Below, in pieces: positions 20,025 to 30,600 of a stretch of 64,000 bases of DNA. Numbering within the stretch: the first letter of the stretch is position 1; the number at the start of each line of letters is the position of its first letter. This stretch comes from Cyanophora paradoxa CCMP329 (Eukaryota; Plantae; Glaucophyta). The DNA lies in contig QPMI01000457.1 of assembly GCA_004431415.1 (NCBI GenBank), forward strand, positions 248,001 to 312,000, in the 5' to 3' direction. The notes under the pieces are model-generated. The model was not told where the DNA came from, searched no databases, and worked only from the letters and a program-made list of their open reading frames with translations. The position numbers were made by a program, and so were the translations under genes.

Positions 20025-23000
20025 ATGCCCCGCCAAACCAACCGCCTTATAAAAGAGAAAAAAGACGAAATATTAGGCTTGTTAGGTAGTCTTTTAGTCA
20101 CTGGGGAGATCACCGAAGCCGAATACGATCGGAGGGCGGCGATCTTAGATCGAAAACCCCGCTTAGCTAACCTTGCGAATATTGCCGACGAGCTCTACAA
20201 TCGCCTGGAAAATGTGGAGCGCTTCTATACCGAAGGGAGGCGCTTAGCCGTCATAGAACCCGATGAGGACGACGGTTTCGCAATGAATAAAGCATACGCC
20301 TGGTATAGCTATAAGGCGGATGAACAGATAATCTTAGATCCGGTGGAATTTCTCACTACAATCGCTGCAAATCTGCCTGGGCGGCTGAAAGAGAGGCTGG
20401 ACGAGCTTAAAGCTATTAAGGTGCGCCTTACTTTCATCTGCCGATACGTAAAAGTGAGTGATCCTAACGTTTTTATCACCAAACACATTTACAGCGATTA
20501 TTTCGTAATCACAAGGTCGCGCAATATTCTCACTGAGTTAGTGGGTGTAGCTCAGCAAATGAATGAACAGATGATACAGGTCGACAGCTATCGGCTCAGT
20601 AAATTAGATAAGCTACATGTCGTCGTTTTGTCATATGCGCCGGTGGGCGGGTGCTACATTGAGACCCCCGAATGGATTGGATTAAAGCGAGCCACAGTAA
20701 ATATTAAGAATATCGATGGTCACGACTGTTTTAATTACGCTATCCTCGCATGGCTGCACAGAAACGACATAAACAGACACAAACGTAATGATCCGTTCCA
20801 ATATAGGCAGTGGATGACTGAACTCGACTTCTCAGGCATTAATTTCCCGGTGGCTTGCGATGCTGCATTAATAGATCGTTTCGAGGACAATAATCCCGAG
20901 CTGTCAATTAATATATATGGCGCCGATAATGCGACCCAAACCTTTTATCCACTGCACATGTCAAGTAATCCGCGTCGTAAATCAAAGGTAAACCTGCTGC
21001 TGACCGAGGACGCAAACGGACAGGGTCACTATATTACGATTATGTCACTGAGCCGCCTCTTAAAGACCACCTTTGATAAAGCAAACGACGGGCGCATTTT
21101 CTACTGCGAAACCTGTTTGTCCCGATTCAGATCACAGGACAAACTCGATAAACACACCGAATCTAATCGCTGTATCGATTGGAGAATGAGTAAAGGTAAA
21201 TGCCCGGAACCCGGAAGCTTTATTACTTTCGGACTGCAACACCTAAGGAAAATGGTGTGGCTGCCCACTGTCTGTTACTGCAAAGTAGAGATGGAGTCGG
21301 TGCCGGTTCCTAATGAACCAAACCGAAGCAAGCGAGAGGTAAAGTCGGTGGCACTTAATGTTGTTATGGGCTCGCATGTTGAAAATCACGAATTCGAGGG
21401 GGTGGATCCGCTGGGTCAGATGTTTACCACGTTAGGGGATCTGTGCCGCGAGATGCTTAATACCCTATTTACCAACACACCTATGATCCCGCTCACAGAG
21501 GCGCAAAAGCAAGCCTATAAGCTCACCAAGCACTGCTACATATGCAATCAGCGGTTTACCCACGAAAACTTCCCTGTCCGCGATCACTGTCACCAAAGCG
21601 GCGATTATATAGGGAAAGCTTGCCGAAAGTGCAATTTACATAGGAGGATCTCAAAGCAAACGAAAGTAGCCGTGGTTATTGATCGGATGGACGAGTGCGG
21701 GCATGCTATATTCCGGAAAATCGCACAGCAAGACGATAAGCTGCGGGTCGAGATCCTAAGTAAGAATTTCGACGAGTATCTATCTTTACAGTGGGGACTT
21801 TACAAGTTTATAGACGCCTCGAATTTCATGGATTTTCAGGCGTCCGATGTTAATGATCTCATGGTAAAATTCGGTAAATTCAGTATGCTCGCCCATGAGC
21901 AATACGGACTGGATCCCACGCATTATGTGAGCGCACCGGGACTATCGTGGGACGCGATGTTAAAGCATACGAGGGTCGCGATAGAACAGATCAGTGATGC
22001 GGATCAATACGAATTTATTGAGCGGGCAATTAGGGGCGGCTTTGCGACCATGCCCACACGATATGCCGAGGCTAATAGCGAGGATAAACATATAGTCCTA
22101 TTGGATGCGAATAATCTATATGGCTATGGGCTCAGTCAGCCTTTACCGGTCGGGGACTATCGCTGGGACGACACAAGCACAGCTTTTACCGAGGTTGTAG
22201 GGCGGAGTGCATTTATAGAGGTCGACCTTGCGTATCCGGACTATTTAAAGGCTGACCATCGCGATTTCCCGCTGATCGTGAGTAAAGAGGTAATTACTGC
22301 GGACATGCTGAGCGCATATCAGCGTGGGCTTTTGGAGATTAGCGGCGAGAAGCTAAGTAAAGATCCGAAGCTGATCGCCTCATTTACTCCGAAATATAAT
22401 TACGTGGTCTCTCAGCCGATGCTGCTCTATATGGTAAAAAAGGGGATCGTAGTTACTTAGATCCACCGGGTGCTCTCGTTTGCAACCGCTGCATTTATGA
22501 AGCCCTATATAGATCTAAACACGAAACTGCGAAAGGAAGCCCGGAATAAATTCGAGAGCGACTTCTTTAAATTAATGAATAATGCTATTTACGGTAAATG
22601 CCTGGAATCGTGTCGCGGGCGCTCCGTGGTAAAGATCGCGAATAGCACGAAGCTGTTTAAGAAATACGCCGCGAGCCCACTGGTAAAAGCGACGAATGTA
22701 TTAAACGAAAACGCTGTTGCATTCGAAATGTATAGTAAACACGTAAAACTCGATAAACCGGTGGCTATTGGCGCTTATGTGCTGGATGCCGCGAAGCTGC
22801 ATAATTATAGCTTCTTTTACGACGTGATCCGACCCACCTGGTCGCAAGCTCAGCTGCTGTTCCACGATACCGACTCGTTCTGTCTGTATATAGAGACCGC
22901 GGATCTGGAAGCGGGTATGCGAGCGATCAGCCCCTATTTAGATTGCCCTTATAGTCCCGAGAACCGGATGGTTCCCGGTAAATATAAAAATGAGATGCCC

Positions 23001-23288
23001 GATGTAAAGATAGTGGAGTATGTGGGGCTGCGACCGAAGCTATATGCTTTCCGCACCGAGAGCTACGACAAGGTAAAAATGAGCGGGACAGCCTCGAAAG
23101 AGGTGCATTTCGACGACTTTAAGCGCTGCCTATTTGACGGGATCACAAAAACAGTAACAGTAGTAAACAAGCAACGGCGATGCCACCACTTATATGATTT
23201 GGAGAGCAAGCGGATAGCGCTGACCCAATTCGATAGCAAGCGCTGCATATCAGGCGACGGCATACATAGCCTTCCATTCGGCTGTTAG
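20025..23288 (+). pseudogene. polB: Protein-primed PolB of B with an in-frame TAG at 22458-22460
   Basis: Colinear with A PolB across the stop (GIVVT*IHRVLSF versus GVKLKKVHRVLSF); DANNLYG, KLMNNAIYGK and FHDTDS are present. Confidence 0.9.
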
Positions 23289-23449
23289 TCGTCTATCTTA
23301 TCGTGCGTTCTTTTTCTTGGTTTGCGCTCTAATTGAAGGAGCTGTCGCCTTAGGATATGGAGAAGCCATATGCACCGTAAAAAGGGGTCGTCCGGGTCGA
23401 TTAGGAAGTAATTAGGGATCGGGTGCGCGTCCCATACCGGGGCGTCCAT
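23285..23449 (-). CDS. Possible 54-aa small protein
   Basis: Manual translation MDAPVWDAHPIPNYFLIDPDDPFLRCIWLLHILRRQ...; converges on the PolB stop; no homologue in the window. Confidence 0.3.
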   Translation of the reverse strand: MDAPVWDAHPIPNYFLIDPDDPFLRCIWLLHILRRQLLQLERKPRKRTHDKIDD

Positions 23450-23682
23450 TCTACTGTTTACTGCACGTTTTTATTGCGCATTTTACAGTGTTTACTTGTA
23501 AAGTTTACAAGTAAAACGCTCAGGTAGCCTGATTTTATTGACAGTAAACGTGAGAGTCTCACCGCGGATCGCTGTAAAAAATGAAAGCCCCGTGGGCAAC
23601 ACAAAATGATTTAAGGAGAACGCGCTACATTTAGGCAACAGGAAAATATTTTCTCAGCTTAAAGTAAAAGGCGACGGCGAAA

Positions 23683-24291
23683 ATGGCGTATCTGTTCAAA
23701 GGACAACCTATTTTCGTTTATCCTCTTTCGGATCTATCATTTAGCACCGTGGAACTATTTGATATCCTCTTTTCATTTGATACTGATCGAATGCCATTTA
23801 CCTTTGTAAATACAATCTTTCGTAGAGCCGATATTCAATCTATTGGTTTCTTTATTGAAGAACCGCACAAGATAGTCATTCGATCAGTAAATAATGTGTT
23901 TGCGTATGTAAGAGCATCCAACGATGAGATATCCTATAAGTATACCATCAAGAAAGTAAATGATGAAGACGAGGGAGGATATCAACCTGTTCTGGATTTC
24001 TGGCGTCTCGTAAGATGCACACAATATAAGATGACTGATGTAATCAAAGCCATAAAGCGTGAGCACGAACCACAGTCGATACAGCTTATCTATTTCAATG
24101 TTAAACGCAATCTGTCCACATATCATAAGAAGTTTGAAGAGCATGGACTGCAAATTACCCGCCGCACCACCTTGCGTAAATTCTTAAAAGACAATGGAGC
24201 GAAATGGAGTCGCGTTAGCCGAATGTGGTATACTGACGTTAGTAATCCTAATAGAATCGTTGCCAATATATTCTGTCCCAATTTACCGTAA
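23683..24291 (+). CDS. Hypothetical protein between PolB and integrase
   Basis: 202-aa ORF preceded by the conserved promoter-like motif; absent from A. Confidence 0.65.
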   Translation: MAYLFKGQPIFVYPLSDLSFSTVELFDILFSFDTDRMPFTFVNTIFRRADIQSIGFFIEEPHKIVIRSVNNVFAYVRASNDEISYKYTIKKVNDEDEGGYQPVLDFWRLVRCTQYKMTDVIKAIKREHEPQSIQLIYFNVKRNLSTYHKKFEEHGLQITRRTTLRKFLKDNGAKWSRVSRMWYTDVSNPNRIVANIFCPNLP

Positions 24292-24354
24292 ATAAACAAT
24301 ACCTTCTATTGTTTGGTGCGAGTAAAATGTTACATTGATCTTTTTTATTGTCTG

Positions 24355-25797
24355 ATGACAAGGATGTCAAGACCGCCAATAGTAAGACGATCGCAAGATT
24401 TAGAGGGGAACACATTGCCGATCCCCGTGCCGAAAGAGAATAAAGAGAGCCGCATAGTAAAGCGGTCTGATTTAAAGGCTTTGGTGCCCCGCGACGTGCC
24501 CGTAGCCCTTGCTGTCCCGGAGGAATCGAAAATCGCGAGGAAGTTTTATAGTCCGCAAACCGGTTTCAAAGGGATCACTAAGCTACGGCAAGAGCTGCCC
24601 GACGAGAATTATAAGAAATTGCAAGAGTGGTATAGCCGGCAAGAGGTCGTTCAGATTAATGCGCCGCACCTATCCCGCAAACGAGACCCCGCAATCCCGA
24701 TCCGACAGCCTCTCGATACCTACGTAATTGATCTGCTATTCTTTCCGGCGTATGCTAAGTATAACGATAATTACAGTGCTTTTCTCACGGCTATGGAGAA
24801 CACTTTGCGGGTCGGGTTCATTATCCCAATGCGGGATAAGTCCGCGGCGTCGACCTTAGCCGCCTTTATACAGCTGCAAAATAAGGCGCCGAGACCTGTG
24901 GCAAAGCTCAGTAGCGACCGCGGTTCAGAATTCACTAATAACCTGTTCAAAGAATACTTAGAGAGTCAATTCATAGAGCATCAGGTCGCGGACACAGCCG
25001 ACCATCGTGCGCAAGGGCGCATAGAAGCATTTAACAAGCAAATGCGGCGGCTGATCACGAGCTACTGCATCGCGAATAATACGGCTCGATTTATAGATGT
25101 CCTTTCGTCTCTGGAATATAACTATAATAATACGGTGCACTCTGCGACCGGCTATATGCCTGCGGAGACCAACGAGAGTCACTATAAGCTTATAGTGCAA
25201 AAAGAAGATGCGAAATTCAAGAAATCGATAGCTTATTTGGATCAGATTCAGCCGGGCATGTCAGTAAGGCTACGGATCGAGAAGACGCCGTTCGCTAAGG
25301 GCGGTAACAATTGGAGCCGAATCGTATATACAGTCGCCGGGCGAGAGGGCTATAAGTTTATGCTAACTGATCCGGACGGCAATCGCGTAGAGGGTCGCTT
25401 TGCATTTCACGAGCTATTGCCTGTCCAAGCTGTGGATTACCTAATGGCGCCCACAGTAGACGCATTAGAAGCGGCAAAGGACGAGGCGCGGGTCGATGCG
25501 CAATTGCGTAGAGAGGGCATAGAAGCCGCCGCCACTGTGCCACAAGGCACTCTATTAGAGGATCGCGTGCAAAAAGAGAAACGAGTAAATAAAGAATTAC
25601 AGCGGCTAGTAACCGCCGCGGAGCCTAAGCTATCCGGCGGCGTGAATAGCCAACGATGGTATAAGTCGTTCTCTAATCAAACTGAGAGCTACAAAGCGCC
25701 GGAAACCAAAGCTACATTAAGAAGTAGTAGAAAAGTAGCAACGGTAGCGCCGGTAGTTAATGGCGATCGAAAAGCGACTCTGAGACCACGAAAGTAG
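24355..25797 (+). CDS. Retroviral-like (rve) DDE integrase (element B)
   Basis: YVIDLLF, SSDRGSEF, GRIEAFNK; colinear with the A integrase. Start is 24355 or 24364. Confidence 0.92.
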   Translation: MTRMSRPPIVRRSQDLEGNTLPIPVPKENKESRIVKRSDLKALVPRDVPVALAVPEESKIARKFYSPQTGFKGITKLRQELPDENYKKLQEWYSRQEVVQINAPHLSRKRDPAIPIRQPLDTYVIDLLFFPAYAKYNDNYSAFLTAMENTLRVGFIIPMRDKSAASTLAAFIQLQNKAPRPVAKLSSDRGSEFTNNLFKEYLESQFIEHQVADTADHRAQGRIEAFNKQMRRLITSYCIANNTARFIDVLSSLEYNYNNTVHSATGYMPAETNESHYKLIVQKEDAKFKKSIAYLDQIQPGMSVRLRIEKTPFAKGGNNWSRIVYTVAGREGYKFMLTDPDGNRVEGRFAFHELLPVQAVDYLMAPTVDALEAAKDEARVDAQLRREGIEAAATVPQGTLLEDRVQKEKRVNKELQRLVTAAEPKLSGGVNSQRWYKSFSNQTESYKAPETKATLRSSRKVATVAPVVNGDRKATLRPRK

Positions 25798-25955
25798 TAG
25801 GCGCCGCGGTGCTTTCGTAGCCGCCAAATCGCGCCCTTTGCGAATCAGACCGCGCCGCTTTGTAGTAGCGTAGAACTACTCTATGCGCACTTATCCCTTT
25901 CGTATCCAATTCGTGTTCACTAAATTATATCGCACTGATTCAGTTTGCATTTTGC

Positions 25956-26649
25956 CCCCACCCTACACCCCACCCTATACTACAATCACGTTATTTCTAT
26001 ACATATTTTCTATCTAATTTCATAGAGTTTATACATTGAATAAGTGAGGTGTATCGATAAGTAATACAGGGTGGGGAGGGTGGGGTTGGGTGGGGTCTTT
26101 TTTGCCCAAAAATATTTGACCCCCCAAAAATTTAAGGGATTCAAAAAAATGCCCCACCTCACCCCACTTACCCCACCCTATCGAAGTCTGCACGATATCG
26201 TAGTAGGCTTCATCGGGATTGCGATCATATCACAGTGTATACAGTGAGGGTGGTGCCCCACTTTCTCACCCCACCCTATTGATATAGCGATCGCGAAATA
26301 TACAGCACATGATACTTGTTTTTCTTAGTGATCGCGCCGTTCTAATACGATCTGAATATATCATATCTCGTCGGTATCACGTCGGTTCAATATCGTAATT
26401 ATTAAATGGTTGGCTGATACCACCTTCACACCCCACCCTCACACCCCACCCGGTATTAATTTAACATACATAATCTCTATACTTTATACATTAATCACAT
26501 TGAAATCAATCATAAATATAATAAAAGATACAGGGTGGGGTAAGTGGGGTTGGGTGGGGTCTTTTTTGACCAAAAATATTTGAGGGGGAATTATTTTAGG
26601 GAATTCAAAAAAATGCCCCACCTCACCCCACCCGCCCCACCCTATCGAA
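25956..26649 (+). repeat. Two further CCCCACC/GGTGGGG modules in the terminal region of B
   Basis: 25956..26185 and 26431..26649 repeat 18783..19000, including the ATACAGGGTGGGG...TCTTTTTTG...AAAAAATGCCCCACCTCACCCCAC...CCCTATCGAA frame. Confidence 0.88.
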
Positions 26650-26905
26650 GCTACGTAGGTGATACACATGACTATATGAGGCGCGTCCCAAGCAGCACAT
26701 TGTAGTTGTTTTAGATACACATCGCGCATCGTAAACACATATCGGATATATCGCGATTACATAATTTATATACATATTTTACAAAGATTCCACGATACTT
26801 ATATTATTTTTATTGATTCATTTACGAATGACCAATAAAATACATATCAAATATCGATATACACTATGATAAAAATGCTAATATCTTTATATAACTTATA
26901 GTAAC

Positions 26906-26976
26906 ACACATATAAAAACAAATATTATTATCCTGAGCGGAACGCGAGGGATAATAATATTTGTTTTTATATGTGT
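26906..26976. repeat. Terminal hairpin (28-bp perfect stem, 15-nt loop) at the right end of B
   Basis: ACACATATAAAAACAAATATTATTATCC (26906..26933) and its reverse complement (26949..26976). Confidence 0.9.
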
Positions 26977-27244
26977 CACTATATGAATCAACCCCCCCTG
27001 TTATGGGCTGTGAGAAATTGGCATTTGTAACTAGTAATCGAGTCGTTTTGACAACTCCAGAGTTTTTATCTGCACGCAATTCTTTACACCGAATAACTGA
27101 TCGCTGATCAAATGCATTAGTTGAGTTTGGACGCTCAGTGGACTCCAATCCAGCAACGGCATCGCTTACTTCGTGCTGCCTCATATGGATGGCTGGGGAG
27201 CCCAGCGAGTAGATTGGTAGCTGGACCCGATTGTACTCGGTCAT
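26977..27244 (-). pseudogene. 5' part of an element C gene truncated by the B terminus
   Basis: The ORF reads ...GGVDSYS then runs into ACACATAT of the B hairpin, so the C-terminal TYKNKYY... is B-derived. Confidence 0.6.
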
Positions 27245-27282
27245 TTAATAGAAACGCAAGAAAAAAAAGATTGCAGCCAACA

Positions 27283-27591
27283 TTAGGACGGAGTAATCAT
27301 ATTCGATCCCAGGGCTTGATAGGAAGCTGACAGGTTTTGAAGTATCGACATCATATTTTTCAGGCTGGAGTCAAGCTCATTATACTTGCTGACAGGATCA
27401 CCATAAGCCGATTGCGCAAGGACATTAACCAAGAGGTTTTTATATTCGTGAACAACTGGAGACAGTTTGCTGGTTTGCTGGATTGTTTTTTCGACGGTTT
27501 GTAGTGCGGCTACAAGCTTGATAGTATCAAATGCAAGAGCGACAGGTTCAGAAGTAGTAGAAGGAGATCCACCAAGTGGATATGTCGCCAT
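27283..27591 (-). CDS. Hypothetical protein
   Basis: 102-aa ATG ORF co-oriented with the fibre gene. Confidence 0.55.
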   Translation of the reverse strand: MATYPLGGSPSTTSEPVALAFDTIKLVAALQTVEKTIQQTSKLSPVVHEYKNLLVNVLAQSAYGDPVSKYNELDSSLKNMMSILQNLSASYQALGSNMITPS

Positions 27592-27654
27592 TTATTATAC
27601 TGTGACATTTTTATTACGGCAGTTAAGCAGCCTGACCGCAGGCGAGCAGTTTGT

Positions 27655-30600
27655 CTAGCGACTGCGCCATTGGTCTATTTGATCTTGTAGACTCTTGCAT
27701 TTCTGGGATAATTCTTTAACGGCTTCAATGAGAACTGGAATTAAACCTGTGTATGCAAGGGTTAAATAGTTTTCGTGATTTTTACCTACTACTTCTGGTA
27801 TGACTTTTTGGACATCTTGCGCAATCAAACCTAAGTTAACTTTCTGTTTTTCATCACCAATCTTTTTATAACTCACACCCTGTAATTTCTCGATTGCTGA
27901 AAGGGCACCGGTTATATTTTTAATGTCGGTTTTGTATCTTCTATCACTTCCTTGTGTAAGCCATCCCCAAAAGTAAACGTCACCATCATTATAAAAAGCT
28001 TGCATTGTTATATCGTTTCCATTTCTAAAATGGATCATTTCGTAACCATAACCTTTAATGTATGTAGTTGATGATGAACCAAAATAAACTCTCCCATAAT
28101 TATCATCTGATGTTATCCAAGTTCCGGTTGCCCAAGTTGTGCGAGCATCTTTACTATAAACATTATCCCAACTGATCATACCATTTGCTGGTGAGGTTCT
28201 CCCTTTTTCTTTCGTCCATCCAACCATTCCAATATAACATCGCCCTTTCCTTGCAACAAATCTAACATGTGTGAAATAATCACAAGCAAAAGAAGCCCAC
28301 GCCAATCCATCGTGATAATCTGCGGATGCATAATTTGAGATAGCCTGGTAAGTATTTACACGCATAATGTGGAACCATCTACCCGATCGATAACCTCCAA
28401 TATCAAAATATCTACAATTCGTCCAACACAAATATTGAACGTGACATGTTTGCATATTTGCGGGGACTTCAATTTGCGCCCAATCTCCACTTGTTGAATC
28501 ACCTTCAACAATACTATAAAATCCATCCACAGGATTAGAAACAGAAGCTGTCCAACCTGTTCCCCAAGAACCACTGAATGATAGACCACCACTACCTGTT
28601 CCACTCCAAGTATCAAAACCTATAATGTTTCCCACTAAACTTGGAGTTAGTAGATTTGGTTTACTATAAATGTTATCCCAAGAAACATAACCTGTGTGAC
28701 CACCATAACTACTTCCTGTCCACGTGCGAGTAAATCCAATGCCCATAATGTGAACTCTTCCTACCTTTGGAATAATACGAAGGCGAGTAAAGCGATTTCC
28801 CAACATAATAGGGACATTTTGTAAACCATTGTGGTTTCCATCTGGTGCGCTTTCATATTGATGATAACTATTCACTCTTGCAATGAAAACCGCATTACCT
28901 TGTCTATTGATTCCCCAAATCTCAAAGTAACGACAATTTACCCAAGGGAGATATGTTAAGTGGGCTGTTCCCGTATATAAATCAGTGGGTATTGTGTAAT
29001 CAATCCATGAGCCGTTAACAACAGTGTCGCCACTCTCATTATTGGAAGCATACCCACCGTAATTATAGTAGGGTTCCCATGCTGTTCCACCTTCAAAACC
29101 CCAACCTCCTGCATAACCATGTGGCGAATTTTCTGCAACAATTGCGTCATATTCTACACATCGGGGCATTGTTTTGTCGCCAAATTTATAATTTGTAGTC
29201 GCATTAATTGAACCCCCATTAATAATCGTTCCACTTATGGTTGGAGCTGACACAGTATTAGTAATCGCAAGGTTGCCGTTTTCATATGATTGTAAAATTG
29301 TAGCATCTGCTGAGTTTCTGAATACAACACACGCATTATCTCCATTTGTTCTCCCTCGTATATATGTGCAATCATTATTACCAAACCAAAATCTTTCTAT
29401 ATTGTCTGTTGATTTTAACCATGTGTTAGTTGTCCATTTTGCTGTTGCTGGAAGGTCTGCGGCTGAGTAAAATGATGGTTTACTAAATATATTATCCCAA
29501 GAGATCATCCCAATCTCATTATCTGTTGCCCTCTGTCTACTCCACCCAAAAACACCTGTAAGATGGATTCTACCTTTTCGACCTTGAACATATATTTTTG
29601 TGTAAAACTCACAATTTATAGAGATGAAAAGTATACTGGATTGTGTTCCATCATGTACTGATGCTTGAATACCTTGATAAACATTTAAACGCCGAAGGAA
29701 ATGTTGATTACCATTGGCTGTTTGACCATAGATGTCAAAATATCTACAATTAGACCAACACATGGTTTGAATATAAAACGTTTTCATTCCTGTGGGGACA
29801 TTCCACCTCATCCAACAAGCACTGCAATCTTCATCATTTTGTGGTGTTGTGTAACATCCTGCTTGACCTGTTCTTGGTGTCCACCCTAAATTCCAATTAT
29901 TCGCGCTTCTATCTGTCGAAACCACATCTAATTGGTCGAAATCGTAACCTTTTGGTATTGTGGTTCCACCAATTTGTAAAGTGGTAGCATTCACAGTTCC
30001 TGTAACAGTTCCACCTGTGAGAGGTAGATAATTCGCAAGAGCTGATGTTAATTCGGTATCTGTAACAAAATCTGTAACAGCTAACTGTAATTCTGTATTT
30101 GTAACATAATCTTTGTTTTCTAAGTAATCATCTGTAACCACTCCTGAAAGGGTTGTATTGTGTAAGTTTTTCGCCGCCATTCTCTGATTGACTTCTAAGG
30201 CGCCACCTGATGTCGTTTTAATCCACGCCATCTCACATTTTCCGTGATCATCTGTGGGTTGTCCCGCAACGGGAAGATAGTTAACAACTTTCTCCCTTGT
30301 GAAAACTATTTTAGGTCTTGCTCCATCATATGCGCTTTGATCCGTTACATTTACTTGAATAGCTGCTGAAAAATCCGCTACTTGTCCTGTTTCCCCTGGG
30401 TGATAATTCGTAACATAAATACTGGGGAAAGTATCATTTACTCCTACATTGAAATCCCCACTATACACTCCATTTACAATTGGATCCCTGGGTAATCTTA
30501 CTGCAAGAGTTCCTACCATCGGTGTGCCTGTTTCACCTGTGAATGAACCATTAAGACTAACATAATGATCATTCAAAAATAGCCTTTCAGGTATATTAAT

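Larger units (their letters stand above)
11954..26976 (+). mobile_element. Polinton-like virus element B (right part, interrupted by A in its capsid gene)
   Basis: MCP 3' part, HNH-AP2, ATPase, AEP-helicase, pPolB, integrase and a terminal repeat region ending ...ATATGTGT at 26976. Confidence 0.88.

Noticed and set aside
22458-22460. TAG reassignment (alternative genetic code)
   Set aside because: It is a single instance, and TAG ends other genes normally (23288, 25797, 51588).
25722-25880. AGTAGT repeats as a canonical Polinton terminus of B
   Set aside because: They are internal: B-specific origin-like modules continue for another 1 kb to the hairpin at 26976.
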